Positions 16,831 to 17,132 of a DNA stretch of 17,132 nt are shown here, piece after piece. The position numbers and the translations under genes are program-made. The stretch comes from Gemmatimonadota bacterium (GTDB taxonomy: Bacteria > Gemmatimonadota > Gemmatimonadetes > Gemmatimonadales > GWC2-71-9), in the NCBI GenBank assembly GCA_039591655.1, contig JBDHDE010000054.1, positions 1 to 17,132 on the forward strand, in the 5' to 3' direction. Positions within the stretch are counted from its first letter, which is position 1. The number at the start of each line of letters is the position of its first letter. The notes beneath the pieces were generated by a model, which saw only the letters and a list, made by a program, of their open reading frames with translations, was not told the DNA's origin and ran no database searches.

Positions 16831-16848
16831 CGGTGAGAAGTTCGGTGA
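16831..16848. repeat. Arm-type-like direct repeats (CGGTGA, 12-bp period)
   Basis: CGGTGAGAAGTTCGGT matches 17063-17078 at 15/16; a related copy lies at 9747-9764. Confidence 0.6.
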
Positions 16849-16868
16849 CCTCCCAGCCAAGAGAAGAC

Positions 16869-16895
16869 GCCAGACGACCTAAGCGGTTGTCTGGC
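16869..16895 (-). terminator. Hairpin downstream of the tRNA fragment, putative terminator
   Basis: GCCAGACGACC-TAAGC-GGTTGTCTGGC (10/11 stem), followed on the minus strand by GTCTTCTCTT. Confidence 0.5.
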
Positions 16896-16908
16896 ATTTG
16901 GTTACCAA

Positions 16909-16953
16909 GTCGGGTACGGCGGGGTTTGAACCCGCGACCCCCTGAACCCCATC
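16909..16953 (-). tRNA. 3' half of tRNA-Pro(GGG); att-site remnant, not a complete tRNA
   Basis: Minus strand GATGGGGTTCAGGGGGTCGCGGGTTCAAACCCCGCCGTACCCGAC: anticodon loop ATGGGGT, T-arm GCGGG-TTCAAAC-CCCGC, acceptor 3' strand ending CCCGAC; no D-arm or 5' acceptor strand. Confidence 0.85.
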
Positions 16954-17004
16954 AATGCCCACCAGCACCCCATTTCCGACAACCCGCAGGGTTTTCGCGG
17001 GAAG

Positions 17005-17078
17005 ATCCTGCAAGATGCCGTCCCTTAAGTCCCCGAATCCTGCAACATGCCGGGTTCAATCTCGGTGAGATGTTCGGT
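17005..17078. repeat. Direct repeats on the distal side of the tRNA fragment
   Basis: ATCCTGCAAGATGCCG (17005-17020) and ATCCTGCAACATGCCG (17037-17052), 15/16, 32-bp period; CGGTGAGATGTTCGGT at 17063-17078. Confidence 0.65.
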
Positions 17079-17093
17079 ATATGGTGAAATCGT

Positions 17094-17131
17094 TACAATA
17101 GAGTCCCGTGTCACTGATCATGTAGGAGGTA
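17094..17131 (+). promoter_or_regulatory. Possible -10 element and Shine-Dalgarno for a + strand gene starting just beyond the window
   Basis: TACAAT at 17094-17099; AGGAGGT at 17124-17130; no clear -35. Confidence 0.4.
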
Positions 17132-17132
17132 G

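Noticed and set aside
16909..16985. Functional tRNA-Pro
   Set aside because: No D-arm, no 5' acceptor strand, and the 5' anticodon stem does not pair.
16590..17132. Integron integrase or other tyrosine recombinase upstream of the array
   Set aside because: The short ORFs here show no R...HxxR...H...Y motifs; the region reads as non-coding att/repeat DNA.

Overview
A high-GC bacterial accessory region; the style of the Ser/Thr kinase suggests Gemmatimonadota (inference). Most genes are on the minus strand. The left part (1-6668) holds a frameshifted PA14-like C-terminus, a lipoprotein GH37 trehalase with a fungal Nth1-like Ca-binding motif, a SnoaL-like ester cyclase, an alpha/beta hydrolase and a kinase-TolB-like-TPR protein. 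The right part (about 6710-17132) looks like a decaying integron cassette array with no integrase in the window. It has a family of related attC-like sites: two full-length (15127-15273, 15724-15873), one collapsed to 32 bp (15492-15523), and half or eroded copies (6839-6860, ~7167-7266, 9118-9143, 14533-14562). Four single-gene cassettes and a candidate attI (~16565-16590) are visible. The array is interrupted by a two-gene molybdenum hydroxylase and an MBL-fold hydrolase. It abuts the 3' half of a tRNA-Pro(GGG) (16909-16953) flanked on both sides by arm-like direct repeats. A deleted copy of that junction lies at 9629-9764, suggesting tandem tRNA-targeted islands that each carry attC cassettes. 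All calls come from reading the sequence; no database search was run.
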